Shown here: piece after piece, positions 1 to 13,512 of the stretch
How positions within the stretch are numbered: position 1 is the stretch's first letter
Layout: every line of letters begins with the position of its first letter
Source: Octopus vulgaris
Lineage: Eukaryota
Reading direction: 5' to 3'
NCBI GenBank assembly: GCA_951406725.2
Contig: OX597837.1
Span: forward strand, 45,198,001 to 45,262,000
DNA: 64,000 nt
Translations under genes and position numbers: made by a program
Notes under the pieces: model-generated
Databases searched by the model: none
What the model saw: only the letters and a program-made list of their open reading frames with translations
Told to the model about the DNA's origin: nothing

Positions 1-56
1 GCCGAGGTCGACTTTTCTAGAGTAAAAACGAATAATGAGATGTTATAAGGGGAAAA

Positions 57-255
57 GCTGGCAGAATCGTTACAGCAGTGGATAAAGGGCCTAGCGGCAT
101 TTCAATTAACTTGGGTTCCAATGCCAATGAGATCCACTTTGCCTTTTATCCTCTCGGAATCGATAAAATAATTACCAGTCGTGCAGTGAGGTTGATGCAG
201 TCGACTTTCCCCGAACCCCGAAATTGCTGGCCTTGCGCGCAAAGCTAAAGCCAAT
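57..255 (+). mobile_element. Diverged SINE, family B (tRNA-like head plus conserved GCCTTTCATCCTTTCGGGGTCGATAAAATAAGTACCAG central domain), old-type tail
   Basis: GCTGGCAGAATCGTT head, TTTGCCTTTTATCCTCTCGGAATCGATAAAATAATTACCAG core and GCTGGCCTTG tail match many other copies in the window. Confidence 0.7.
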
Positions 256-360
256 AAGAAAAATGTTTATAAGTCATTGGGTGTGTTAGTGACTTATAAA
301 CATCCAATTATAAAAGTAGTATAATTATTAGACAGGCCATTCCAATTTATTTATTTTCAT

Positions 361-385
361 ATGTATATACACTATGTATGTATGC

Positions 386-477
<92 letters not shown>

Positions 478-500
478 ATATATATACATATATGTATATA

Positions 501-555
<55 letters not shown>
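361..555. repeat. (TA)n microsatellite
   Basis: Read directly; source of the spurious YI-repeat ORFs. Confidence 0.95.
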
Positions 556-558
<3 letters not shown>

Positions 559-889
559 GTATTTGTGGATTTATAGGGCAAGTATGCGCATATAATTATT
601 AATGAGATATCATAGAATTATCACATGATTCACAGAAAAAAAAACCCAAAGAACATATTTATATGAACTTCTGAACTCACGACTCCCTGGACCATGTTCG
701 GCGTCTAAAATCTATGAAATCGCATCAATAATTATACGCAAATACCCAAACAGGAACAAAATGCATGCTACGGGGTTCTGTATGTATACGTATCAATATG
801 TACGCGTATGTGTGTGTGTGTGTGCATGTGTGTGTCTATGTGTGTATGTTTATTATTTTATCTCATACGTATGTATGAATGTGTATTTA

Positions 890-921
<32 letters not shown>

Positions 922-937
922 ATGTGTGTGTGTGTGT

Positions 938-969
<32 letters not shown>

Positions 970-1586
970 ACATATTTATTAATATGGCAGGGCGCGACCG
1001 TTCGCGCATAAAATAATTAAAGAATTAAATTTTGGTGAACGCAATTTCTTGGAAGATCCCTGGCCTAATGCAATATTTCCGCCGCATAAGCAAGTACCGT
1101 TTACCTGCCGACAGCCAAGCGATGTTTAATGTCAGGAATGGGACCGAATCTCATGGGGAAGGAATTTCTCAAATGAAAATCACCGAAATTCTTTTAGGTG
1201 TGTGCAGCTATGCGCACGAATGTATCCCTTAATGTCCCTTAAGTTTTATTTCTTTTGCTTTTTCCCAACATCCATCTTCATGCATGGCTGTGAATACATT
1301 TGGCTTCACATCCACTAAAGTTCTCTTAGATGAATCGGTGAGATAAAGTATCAAGATATACGTTTTCGGATAATGGGAAACAAATATATATGTTAATGTG
1401 GAATATCTACCATTCGTTAGATGTAAGCCCTCAACTCGAGGCTTTAGGTAGGAGAGATTAATTCAGATGTTAAAAGAAAATTCCTTTCATAAAGAAATAA
1501 AACTCTGCCGCGAGCTGGATCCTCATAAGGCTGGAAGTTCTCAGAATTTTCGTGGTATTAGGGTCACTAAGATTGCAAGACTTTCT

Positions 1587-1996
1587 TATTTCTTTATTTC
1601 CCACAAGGGGCTAAACACAGAGAGGACAAACAAGGACAGACAAAGGGATTAAGTCGATTAGATCGACCTTTTTCGTGGTATTAGGGTCACTAAGATTGCA
1701 AGACTTTCTTATTTCTTTATTGCACACAAGGGGCTAAACATAGAGGGGACAACAAGGACAGACAAAAGGATTAATTCGATTACATCGACCTCAGTGCGTA
1801 ACTAGTACTTTATTTGTCGACCTCGAAATGATGAAAGGCAAAGTCGACCTCGGCGGAATTTGAACTCAGAACGTAACGGCAGACGAAATACCTATTTCTT
1901 TATTACCCACAAGGGACTAAACACAGGGGACAAACAAGGACAGATAAATGGATTAAGTCGATTACATCGACCTCAGAACGTAGCGGCAGACGAAAT
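1587..1996 (-). mobile_element. Array of 3 truncated family-B SINE units
   Basis: Repeated TATTTCTTTATT.CCCACAAGGGGCTAAACAC tails and a GTCGACCTCGGCGGAATTTGAACTCAGAACG segment. Confidence 0.85.
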
Positions 1997-2327
1997 GTGG
2001 TGCTGGAGCACCGCCTTTAGTCGAGCAAATCGACCCCATGACTTATTTTTTGTAAGCCTAGTACTTATTCTATCGGTCCCTTTGCCGAACCGCTAAGTTG
2101 TCAAGCAATGTTGGGGGGGGGACAAACACAGACACACAAACATATACACACACATACATATATACGACGGGCTTCTTTCAGTTTCCGTCTACCAAATCCA
2201 CTCACAAGGCTTTGGTCGACTTGAGGCTGTAGTAGAAGACACTTGCCCAAGGTGCCACGCAGTGGGACTGAACCCAGAACCATGTGGTTGGTAAGTAAGC
2301 TACTTACCACACAGCTACTCCTACGCC
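1996..2327 (-). mobile_element. SINE family A (tRNA-derived head GGCGCAGGAGTGGCTGTGTGGTAAG, internal microsatellite, LINE-like tail)
   Basis: Reverse complement of the full copy at 30707-31132, with an internal deletion. Confidence 0.9.
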
Positions 2328-2426
2328 TCTATAACTTTTGATATAACACATATAACACCATCTGAACTTTTTGTCTTTCTGGCATCGATGTTTGAGATCT
2401 CTCTCTCTCTTTCTTTCTCTCCTCTC

Positions 2427-2492
<66 letters not shown>

Positions 2493-2591
2493 CCTCTTAC
2501 ATGTCAACTATATTTCTCTTTCCGTATTTCAAATTTAATCATCTTTGTAGTTCTCTCAAATTCCTGTTCCTCTTCCTTTTTCTCTATTTTT

Positions 2592-2644
<53 letters not shown>

Positions 2645-3448
2645 ATACTACTAATACTACTATCATTATTAATACTACTGCTACTGTTGGTTCTACCAGC
2701 TCTACACTCCGTCTTATTTTTGTCTTGCCTTTTTTCTTTCTTTTCGTTTTCCTTATTGCATATTTTCTTTTTCTCTTTCCTCCCCCTCTCCTCTTTTACT
2801 CCCTCTGTCACCATCCCCTGTCTCTCCCTCACTGTCTCTCTCCATCCGTCTCTCTCTCACTCTCTCTTCCTTTCATACTTAACTTCCATATTCGATCAAA
2901 AGCCGCCGCAAGTCCGTCATGTTAAACACCTCACGGAAGACACATGACGAGTCGCTGACATTATTATCACTTACACATTTCATATGCTAACGGACATAAG
3001 ATATTTTCTTCCTAAACGTATTTCCGTGTTTTCTGACAAACAAAAGTGATTAATTTTCAATGTAATCCTCTTCCATTATGAATTCATTCCACTTTAAGAA
3101 TGGCATCGCAATCTTTCCTCATCGATAACAACTCAATTCACTCTGCCATTTTCTTGCAGCGTTCTTCGTGGAACTCTATGATCGGTCATTAATCAATATT
3201 CAGCCGACAACTGGTTTTAGTTATAAATGCTGAAGGCGGAACTTTTAAAAGATGATGAACTAACAAGAAAATTTTCGTAACAAGATGGCGACTTCCTATA
3301 GAAAATTATTGCTCAGAATGTCATCTGTTTCTTTTCGCTTCTTTTTCTTCTTTTCCTACATCGGATCTCGCCACCACACGTCTAACTTCCTGTCATTTCT
3401 TCCTTCCCTCTGTCTGTCTGCCTCTCTCTCTCTCTCTTTTTTTCTTAT

Positions 3449-3529
<81 letters not shown>

Positions 3530-3596
3530 ACACACACATATATATATATCGGCCTTATGGCTGAGATTAAAGTGCAATACATACACACACACAAGC

Positions 3597-3628
<32 letters not shown>

Positions 3629-4121
3629 ATGGATGCATTCATGCATGTATGTATGTATGTGCATGCATGTATGTTTACATGTTTGTACGTATGTATTTAT
3701 GTATTTGTTTCTGTTCATTATCTCTTCTAGACTTCCTCTCTTCAACCAGTTACTCTCTCACTCACTCAATCTATTTCGCGCTCTCCCTCCCTCTCTCTCT
3801 CTCCCTCTCTCTCCAATCAATATATTCACTAGAATACTCAAGAAGCTAATCACTAGGTGACTATTTCTGAGTAAGTGAGACAACATCGAGGATTTCAGTC
3901 ATACAAGAAACAGCAATCTGATTAGTTGGGGGTTGAAGAAATGCGAAAGACCACGGGGTGGGGAATTAAGAAAAGCATCCCATACACACAAACACATACA
4001 CAACAATATCACCACTAACAACAACAACAACAGATACTGGCATATACGTGCACGTGAAAACACAGTTTAATGTAATTCAGAGAGAGGTAAACCCATATAC
4101 ATCTGTCTGGATACCTTTGTA

Positions 4122-4242
<121 letters not shown>

Positions 4243-4407
4243 ATATTTCGGAATGGTCATTTTGCCAGTTTAGCCAATAAAAACACACGCACTATATATT
4301 TGGTGTTATTTTACTTCAGTGTTATTTATTTTTTACATTAAACTTAATCTTATTTCGACCAGAGTTCTTTCGTCACACTCCTGTGATCGCACAACAAATA
4401 TATAAAC

Positions 4408-4474
<67 letters not shown>

Positions 4475-4507
4475 GTATATATATATTGATGTATATATAT
4501 ATATATA

Positions 4508-4563
<56 letters not shown>

Positions 4564-4601
4564 GCATACACATATGCCTGTGTCAGTATAGATAGATAAA
4601 T

Positions 4602-4650
<49 letters not shown>

Positions 4651-4974
4651 GAGATAGATACACACATACCTACGTATGCATGTATGCGTGTGTCTATAGG
4701 GTGGGGAGATGTCAAGATGTTAGCGCAAACAAACGACTTAATTCCTCTATTGAAATATTGATTTGAGAGCCACATCAAGAGAACCAAGAAAATAAACCAT
4801 TTAATAAATCATGTCTGAGACCTTGACTGTCAGATGTTTACTTCATTCTCAGTGACCCACCGCCAAGCAAAAAGTCTTCTGATAGGAATAAGTTTGTCAG
4901 AGGCAATGTAAAGTTAAATACCACAATTTCGAGTCGTGTAATAGCTAAGTAAAAGTCTTACCCTCACAGGACTG

Positions 4975-5130
4975 GCAAAGGGCCTTAAAGTTAACTTAGC
5001 AAAGATCAAAATTGTAGTAAGGATATGGATAGAACTTTCTTCCAGTCATATATATATATATATATATATATCATCATCATCATCATCATCATCATTTAGC
5101 GTCCGTTTTCCATGCTAGCATGGGTTGGAC
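4975..5130. mobile_element. RTE-clade LINE debris: small RT fragment (+) and a 3' tail (-)
   Basis: 4978-5019 translates KGLKVNLAKIKIVV (resembles the RTE motif GL.VN..KTK); 5071-5130 on minus reads GTCCAACCCATGCTAGCATGGAAAACGGACGCTAAA(TGA)n. Confidence 0.5.
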
Positions 5131-5147
5131 TCATATATATATATATA

Positions 5148-5298
5148 TCTTTCCTTCTCCTATGTTTCCGACGAAGAGCTCCGCTCGAAACGTTAAACCC
5201 TCCTTCTATTCTTCTTTCCTGAGCGTCCAATAATACTATATTTGTTCCACGTCCTCGCGTTGTTGTGTTTTTTTGTGCTTTCATGTTTGGGTTAACTT
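5148..5298 (+). mobile_element. PLE terminal-repeat fragment with minimal HHR-like motif (5164-5198)
   Basis: GTTT-CCGACGA-A-GAGC-TCC-GCTC-GAAA-CGTT-AAAC; near-identical copy at 34725-34870; flanked by (TA)n on both sides. Confidence 0.65.
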
Positions 5299-6063
5299 TA
5301 TATATATATATATATATGAAATGAGAAAATCGAAAGCTTGGGAATGCTGTGAGTATTATTAGTTGTGAACAATATTAATTTTATTATATGTATATATAAT
5401 TTGTGGAACGCGTAATGCGGTGGTTTCTAGAGCTTAGCACTTCATTTTGCGTTGTTCCAGTCCATTCAGCTGCAAATAGTCTCCACTAATAACAGGGAAG
5501 TTAATCCTGCGTCGGACCGATGTCTCATCCAAGTTAGGAATGTTGTAATTTTATTCACTTATACGCCATGAAAAGATAGTTGATCTCTGGCCTTGTGAGT
5601 CCTAAGACTCTTGATAATCGTATGACAAATACTGTTCTTACGGAGAGAGAGAGAGAGAGACTGCTCAGACCTAAGATTAAGACCGACCATACAGAGAGGC
5701 AATTCCACCAGGGATTAGCACGACGATGGTGAATATCCAATTCTAGTCCACATTTAGATCTGTGTTTTATCCGAGGATATGAGGAGAGATCTGTTTCACA
5801 AGAGCTTAGCACCCAGGTAATCAGGCTTCTGTACACATCCTCTCAATATTGATGAAATAATTGGTTTAACTTTCAATTAATTTTATTATGTCTCAATTAG
5901 CAACATGTTGAAAACAAATTACTGGCAAGGTTTAAAAACGACGAGAAATCTTGTATCAAACATTATTATAACTGTTGAATATAATTAATATTGTTCACAA
6001 CTAATAATACTCACAGCATTCCCAAGCTTTCGATTTTCTCATTACATATGAAATTAATTATTA

Positions 6064-6258
6064 GGTGCGGGTGTGGCTGTGCGGTAAGGAGCTTGCTTCC
6101 CAATCACATGATTCTGGGTTCAGTCCCACTGCGTGGCAACCTTGGCCAAGTATCTTCTACTACAGCCTCTGTGAGTGGATTTGGTTGACGGAAACTGAAA
6201 GAAACTCGTCGTGTACATGTATGTGTATGTATGTGAGTTTTCGTGGTGTGTGTATGTA

Positions 6259-6305
<47 letters not shown>

Positions 6306-6520
6306 CTGTGTGTGTGTGTGTGTACGTCTATATGTATTTGTCTCCCCACCGCTTGACAACCGGTGCTGGTGTTTACGTCCCTGAAACTTAGTGGTTCAGC
6401 AAACGATATCGATGGAATAAGTACCAGGTTTAAAGAAGCAACTAGTAGGGTCTTTTCATTGGACTAAAAATCTTCAACGCGGTGCCCCAGCGTGGCCGCT
6501 GTCGAAAAACTGAAAGAACT
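6064..6520 (+). mobile_element. SINE family A, near full length, diverged
   Basis: A-box TGGCTGTGCGG, B-box GGTTCAGTCCC, internal (TG)n, tail GCGGTGCCCCAGCGTGGCC. Confidence 0.9.
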
Positions 6521-6847
6521 AAAAAAATAAACGATAAATATTTGGAATGTCAAGATAAACGTTAAAGGTTTACACTTGTGGGTCTCAGCTTACATTCAAC
6601 CATTTGGACTCCTGTGGACCGGTTTCTGGAATGGCAGTATGGCCTCACCTTCCTTGGCACGTGTTACCATGATGGAAAGCCACGACTCGTCACGTTGAAA
6701 TCTGCGCTTCCACTGATTCGTTTTACACGGAAACATGGCAGCCACCAATGTGAAAATAATTTCAATACGGAGCAAATAATTCAGCAGAAAATATTTGCGA
6801 AAACATTATTGGTTCTATTATATATATATATAAAAAATACATACATG

Positions 6848-6900
<53 letters not shown>

Positions 6901-6933
6901 CATACATACTTAAATATATACACACACACATAC

Positions 6934-6993
<60 letters not shown>

Positions 6994-7442
6994 CTGCGTC
7001 TATATGACTAAATGACTGCGTCTATATGACTAAATGACTGCACGTACAATCACACGCAGGACCACCCTCTCAATCGAGACATATATATATATATATATAT
7101 ATATACAAACACACACACACATATATATATTAGCTTATATAGTCGAAGATACATTTACATAAGTATGTTATTTCTATTAAGAATGTCTCTCTGTATCTGT
7201 TGTGAGTATTTAATTAGATTTCATGACTGTTTATTGAACTATATTGCTGTCCAGAGATATCACATACACTTAAAAGGAATATTACAAAATGATATTGGTT
7301 ATTCCACCGACTGTGTATCTTCGATATGACCTAAGATCTTCATCTCAGTCCATCTCTTCACTCTCATCCTCACACTTTCTCTTTCTCACTCTCTCCCATT
7401 TTCTCTCTCTGTCTCTCTCGCCTCTCTCCTCTCTCTTTCATA

Positions 7443-7514
<72 letters not shown>

Positions 7515-7528
7515 GTGCGCGTGTGTGC

Positions 7529-7560
<32 letters not shown>

Positions 7561-7613
7561 CTGTGTGTGTAAACAGACAAGGACAGTGAACTCGTAATAT
7601 AAGCATTTATGCA

Positions 7614-8176
7614 AGGTGGCGATCTGGCAGAAATGCTAGCACGCCGGGCGAAATGCTTGGTGACGTTCTGAGTTCAAATTCCGCCGAGGTCGACTTTGCC
7701 TTTCGTCCTTTCGGGGTCGATTAAATAAGTACCAGTTACATACTGGGGTCGATGTAATCGACTTAATCCATTTGTCTGTCCTTGTTTATCCTCTCTGTGT
7801 TTAGCTCCATGTGGGTAATAAAGAAATAGGTATTTCGTCTGCCGTTACGTTCTGAGTTCAAATTCCGCCGAGGTCGACTTTGCCTATCATCCTTTCAGGG
7901 TCGATAAATTAAGTACCAGTTACGCACTGGGGTCGATATAATCGGCTTAATCCGTCTATCTATCCTTGTTTGTCCCCTCTGTGCTTAGCCCCTTGTGGGC
8001 AGTAAAGAAATAAGTATTTCATCTGTCTTTACGTTCTGAGTTCAAATTCCGCCGAGGTCGACTTTACGTTTCATTCTTTCGGAGACGATAAATTAACTAC
8101 CAGTTGCGTACTGGGGTCGATCTAATCGACTGGATCCCTCACTGAAAAATGTCAGGCCTTGTACCTAGAGTAGAAA
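7614..8176 (+). mobile_element. Head-to-tail trimer of SINE family B
   Basis: One head at 7614; units rejoin at AAAGAAATA|GGTATTTCG (~7829) and AAAGAAATA|AGTATTTC (~8013); the last unit has a different tail (GGCCTTGTACCTAGAGTAGAAA). Confidence 0.9.
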
Positions 8177-9019
8177 AAAAGAATATAAATATTTATGCTT
8201 AAGTGTGTATCTATATATGTACGTAATTATGTTTGTATATATATATGTGTGTGTATGTATGTATGTACGTACGTACATATGTATTATGTATTATGTACTT
8301 ATGTATAATGTTCAGATGAATAAAGAGGACGTTTTAGAAATGAACTTCGTAATACACACACACGTATATATGTATAATGTAGAAGGAAAGGAAAACTTAT
8401 ATAGGTGTAGACAATCTTTAATTCAAATCCAAGTTCGTCCAAATCCAATATAAATTCTACAAATTGTTTTGGAGTCTAATTAATTCCAAAGAAAAGAAAA
8501 TACTTTTCTTGAAATAAAAATTTGATTCTTCGTCAGGAATTACATATTAGTATGAATAATAACGACCAACAAAATATACCAACTTGGATTTCAATTAAAT
8601 ATCGTCTACATCTACATATTTTTCCCCTTTCCTTATACTTTATATATTGATTTTGAAATTACTGAATATATATATTTTATATATAGTCTTTGCTTTGATT
8701 GTAACGGTGGAATTGGATGTTTGACATCCCTTTGAAGGATTTCGATCCTCAACTCTTATATATATACACACACACACACACACCATCATCCACATACCCA
8801 CACATTACAGATGCACACACCTACATCCGCACACATCCACACGTCAAAGTCACTAGCCCCTATCCACACGCACACACTTAAACACTCTCGCATACACACA
8901 CGTACGCGCACCTTCGTTTTGGTATCACCAGTACTTTATTATCTCCCCTTCTTCCACATTGTATTATCCAACTACCTTTTTCAACCTGTCACCATGACTG
9001 ACCGCAAAATCCACAACTT

Positions 9020-9185
9020 TTTTTTTATTCCCTCCCTGTTTATTTCATCGTGTTCCTTTCTGTTGAAGAGCGAAGGCTCGAAACGTAAAAGACTTTCTCA
9101 CCTTCCCGAGCGTCAAACAAATACACCTGTCTGTTGTTTATACACCTGTCTTCGTCTTTTGTTTTCTGTAAATGTCGACTACATA
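9020..9185 (+). mobile_element. PLE terminal-repeat fragment with HHR-like motif (9056-9091)
   Basis: CTTT-CTGTTGA-A-GAGC-GAAG-GCTC-GAAA-CGTA-AAAG; related copies at ~20.0 kb (+) and ~34.5 kb (-). Confidence 0.6.
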
Positions 9186-9756
9186 TATATACCCACATAT
9201 GTTGTTTTATTGTACCTGTGTTTGTAAGGTGAGTCCATAAGAGAATGTTCTTGTGTATATACGCGCGTGTGTGTTCGCCGAACAGGTTGGTTCGTTGGAT
9301 GTTTAATTGGCTGGCTAGTTAGTTAGTTGGTTGGCTGGCTGGCTTGTTGGTTGTTTGGTTGTTTCTTTCGTTCTAGGTTTGGTTGTGGGCGAAAGAGATT
9401 ATCACGAATGTGATTCAGTTTGATGTTAAGTCGTTCTTACTGTCTTAGTAATCAAGTGATTAGAGTAGGAGAGAAATGAATGTAAGCACAAATATTAATA
9501 ACGTAGTGGTTGGCTTGTCTTTACGACAGGCAGACAGGCAGACAGGTAGACAGACAGACAGCCAGAGAAGTCATTATTGCTGCGATCCGTCACGTACTTG
9601 TTGACGATGTCTTACTAGAGATTAGGAGCCTCGCTTTCATTCTAATGAAGTAATTATATTAACATCAATCAGTTCTGTGTCACCGCCGCCGTGTGTCGAG
9701 TGCTTCGTATTAAACTAATGTTATATCTATAATGTTATATTTGACACACAGACAGA

Positions 9757-9985
9757 CGGCGAGCTGGCAGAAACGTTAGCGCGCCGGGCGAAATGCTTGG
9801 CAGTATTTCGTCCGTAGTTACGTTCTGAGTTCAATTTCCGCCGAGCTCGACTTTGCATTTCATCCTTTCGGAGTCGATAAATAAAGTACCAGTTTCGCAC
9901 TGGGGTCGATGTAATCGGCTTAATCCCTTTGTCCGTCCTTGTTTGTCCCCTCTATGTTTAGCCCCTTGTGGGCAATAAAGAAATA
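9757..9985 (+). mobile_element. SINE family B, full-length monomer
   Basis: ACGGCGAGCTGGCAGAAACGTTAGC head through GCCCCTTGTGGGCAATAAAGAAATA tail. Confidence 0.92.
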
Positions 9986-10425
9986 TATATTTAACACACA
10001 GTCACGTCAAATAAGCTTAAATGACACTTTCTGATGTACGTTATAGGTTGTTTTTTTTTCTAATTCGCGTATCTAGACTCTTCTACATTCGTACATTATA
10101 TACATCTACCATTTTTATTAATGAGTTGTTCTTATATTTGTACCTATATTTCAAAGTACAAACTTATACTTATATTTCAAAGGGTCAGCCTTGTCACATT
10201 CTTATACATTTATCACATTTATTAATGAGTTGTACTTATAGTTGTACTTATATTTCAAAGTACAAAGTTGTACTTATATTTCAAAGGGTCGGCCTTGTAT
10301 ATATATATTAAAGGGTCGGCCTTATATATATTAAAGGATATATTAACATCTTAAAGAGATTAATACATCCAAGAAAACACTGGTTCTTTGGAAAATAAGC
10401 TGGAAACAGCTGTAGGAAGAAATGA

Positions 10426-10678
10426 TGGTACAATTTAAATACAGAGGTCTCGATGCAACTACGTAATACTAACCCTGTAACTAACTCTAAAACTAACCCT
10501 AACCCTAAAACTAACACTAAACCCTAACCCTAACTCTAATCCTAAAACTAACACTAAACCCTAAACTCTTAAACTAACCCTAACCCTAAAACTAGCCCTA
10601 ACTTTAGCCTTAACGATTGTACACTGTAAAGACATTGTTACGTCGATGCATCATGACCTCTGTTTTTAACTAGTGCCG
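10426..10678. mobile_element. MITE with ~45-bp imperfect TIRs, 6-bp TSD and degenerate (CCCTAA)n core
   Basis: AAATGA at 10420-10425 and 10679-10684; left TGGTACAATTTAAATACAGAGGTCTCGATGCA versus right (revcomp) CGGCACTAGTTAAAAACAGAGGTCATGATGCA. Confidence 0.8.
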
Positions 10679-10775
10679 AAATGATTATCAATTTATTAAT
10701 AAATAAATATTAACCACTAACTCTCCATCTCTCCTCTTAATTTAATATGAATTATAGATTTATGCAAATGTGTGT

Positions 10776-11155
10776 GGAAGCGCAATGGCCCAGTGGTTAG
10801 GGCAGCGGACTCGCGGTCATAGGATCGGGGTTTCGATTCCCAGACCGGGCGTTGTGAGTGTTTATTAAGCGAAAACACCTAAAAGTTCCACGAGGCTCCG
10901 GCAGGGGATGGTGGTGATCCCTGCTGTACTCTTTCACCAGAACTTTCTCTCACTCTTTCTTCCTGTTTCTGTTGTACCTGTATTTCAAAGGGCCGGCCTT
11001 GTCACTCTCTGTGTCACGCTGAATATCCCCGAGAACTACGTTAAGGGTACACGTGTCTGTGGAGTGCTCAGCCACTTACACGTTAATTTCACGAACAGGC
11101 TGTTCCGTTGATTCGGATCAACCGGAACCCTCGTCGTCGTAACCGACGGAGTGCT
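10776..11155 (+). mobile_element. tRNA-Arg-like SINE (octopus OR-type), full length
   Basis: TGGCCCAGTGGTTAGGGCAGCGGACTCGCG A-box and anticodon region, GTTTCGATTCC B-box; 5' half shared with 18491 and 32212 copies; tail CCCTCGTCGTCGTAACCGACGGA. Family name from recall. Confidence 0.85.
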
Positions 11156-13428
11156 TCTTAATATATACGTGTCTGTATAACAATTTGCATACACATATAG
11201 ATACGTGATTATATATATATATGCATGTGCATATCAATCTATATATACATGTACCTTAGTTATGTACATGTAATACATCAAACTTTCTCTTTCCCTCCAT
11301 CATAGATACAATTATGAAATACATACATACTTACACAAGCACACACACACAAGCACGTTCATATACTGTATTTGCATACTTAAACACAAATGCACACATA
11401 TGTACTTACATACAGTTTTGCATACACGTTTACGTAATAGTTACACATAAAATAAATTTGAATAATCTCGACAACTGTTATATTAACATCTAACCAATAC
11501 ATTTTGAACAATTTTATTAGGGAATCATCAAATCTGACATCGTGTATTGTCTGCTGACAACCTAAAAGATGTTGCCTTGTCAAAACTGCTCTTCATCCTT
11601 TCGATACATTTCTTATCATACATATTCACAAAGGGCAGAGTTTATAGAAATGGTTAATCAGAACCTAGAACTGTAATCTCAATTTTCTTTCAAAAGGATT
11701 CGAAGTTGTATGGGCCTTTGTGTAAACCACATCAAAAAGCAGTTAAACTCTTTATTCTACATTATTCTCCAGGCTTTGGATTGAAATTTGGTGATTCCAA
11801 ATCAATGTTTTTTGCTGTGCTCTATCAAAGAAGGAAAATAATTTAAACATGGATGGTTTGATGAGATAGTCTTTACATCTGAGATGGCCAAGATGAGAGT
11901 GTCAAGCATGAGACTAGCAAGGAGAGAACAAGAATAATGAAATATGGTAATCCCAATCGTCAAACTACAACAATTATATCACAACTACATTTGGTGTTCT
12001 AAATTAGTTTCCGCAAGAATTTAGTGGGATCGATGTAAGAATTCGAGAACTGCTCAGTGTTCCTGAAAATTTAAACATCATTAGGGACATAGACAGATTT
12101 TATTTGCTATACGAGAGCAACCGAATCCTTAAATCTACTGAACGGCATATGAGATGCGAGTTGTAACACTGAAGAAACGTCTCTGGCAGCCATCTTGCAC
12201 ATATCTGTGACTACGAAAATAAATACGTCAGATTAGCAAATGAACTTGAGGGTAGACATACGAGAATAAAAGTTGACCGGAATCTCTTTCAAGGCAGCAT
12301 TACAAAACCTCGCTTACCACTACTACAAATAAAAAAAATACCATTTCGCTGAGAAGATTGTATGTGGTACGATTTCAGAGCCATTTTAAAGAAAATTATC
12401 CTTGGGTACTTGAAGGGAAAAAAAGGAAACAGACCATAACAAGGATAAATAATTAAAAACCCTGTTATGTCCTACTGACAAGTTTATAGTTTCTCATTGT
12501 GCAATTTTGACGGTCTTAAACAGTAGTCAAGTCATATTTATAAGACAAAAAGACAGTAGGAATCGTTATTCACAACATTCTTAAGAGATGCAAAAATGTA
12601 ATCTGGTCAGAATAAGTGTTAATATTTGATTAGTCTATTGCCTATTGATGAATCGATGATTGGTTGATCTGGAGACAAATATGAATATAGATATCTATAA
12701 CTTGCTTATTCAATATTATTTGAATTCATCAGAAAAATATTTTGACCATAGTATTTTAAGATTTTGTTTTTCTCTAACTATATTCTCCTTGTACGACTTT
12801 TGTTTAACGATTTCGTAATTTGAATAAATTTTATCCCCTTTCAGACGTGTGGCGATTGAGATCCAAGCGAAAAAAACTAACCAAATTCTGTAAAAAAAAC
12901 TTCACCCTATATTAGTAGTAGACTTATTACTATTCACTATAGGGACTGGTAACCACTATAAGCTGTAGTGGGGAACAGTTCACACGTGTGCTGAGGCTGA
13001 CCAAAGGATTTTATTTTTAGATATATCTGGGGTACTTATATGTACTCATGATTTTTGCTTCGGCTTTTTTCCATGGGCGCATGTAAGTATCTTATTTATG
13101 TCTTTTCGTATTTTCTACTGAAGAGGAAAAAATCTTTTATGAGATTAATTCCGAAATTGATACAATATAGAAATAACGAACTTTTTAAAAAAATTCTTTT
13201 GGCCATCTTCCCTCGATTTCAGCTCTTCGTGTTTTTCTTTAGCGAGTAAATAATATGTGGAAATTGACGATTTAATAGTCTGTTATCAGCATATTGGTAT
13301 AGAAATAATTTTCTTTAGCCCTTATTTATAAGTTGTTTATAATTTTAACTTTAAAGGTATTTTAATATGCTGTCACATTTTTTGATGGAATTCTTTTTCT
13401 GTAAAAAAATTTCATCCTATATTAGTAG

Positions 13429-13512
<84 letters not shown>

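Noticed and set aside
5555-5836. Minus ORF with CETDL resembling an APE endonuclease motif
   Set aside because: Only a few residues match and the frame is interrupted by (AG)n; unsupported
7614-8176. Repeat arrays superficially like CRISPR
   Set aside because: Units are ~180-bp SINE bodies with no unique spacers, in eukaryotic context
10484-10615. True telomere or chromosome fusion scar
   Set aside because: Degenerate, single orientation and enclosed by TIRs and a TSD
10776-10850. Possible tRNA-Arg gene (also 18495, 32440)
   Set aside because: Acceptor stem is poor and the sequence runs into SINE body; two copies have TSDs
11400-12700. Long non-repetitive stretch that might hold exons
   Set aside because: No sustained ORF or recognisable motif found; splice signals alone are not convincing
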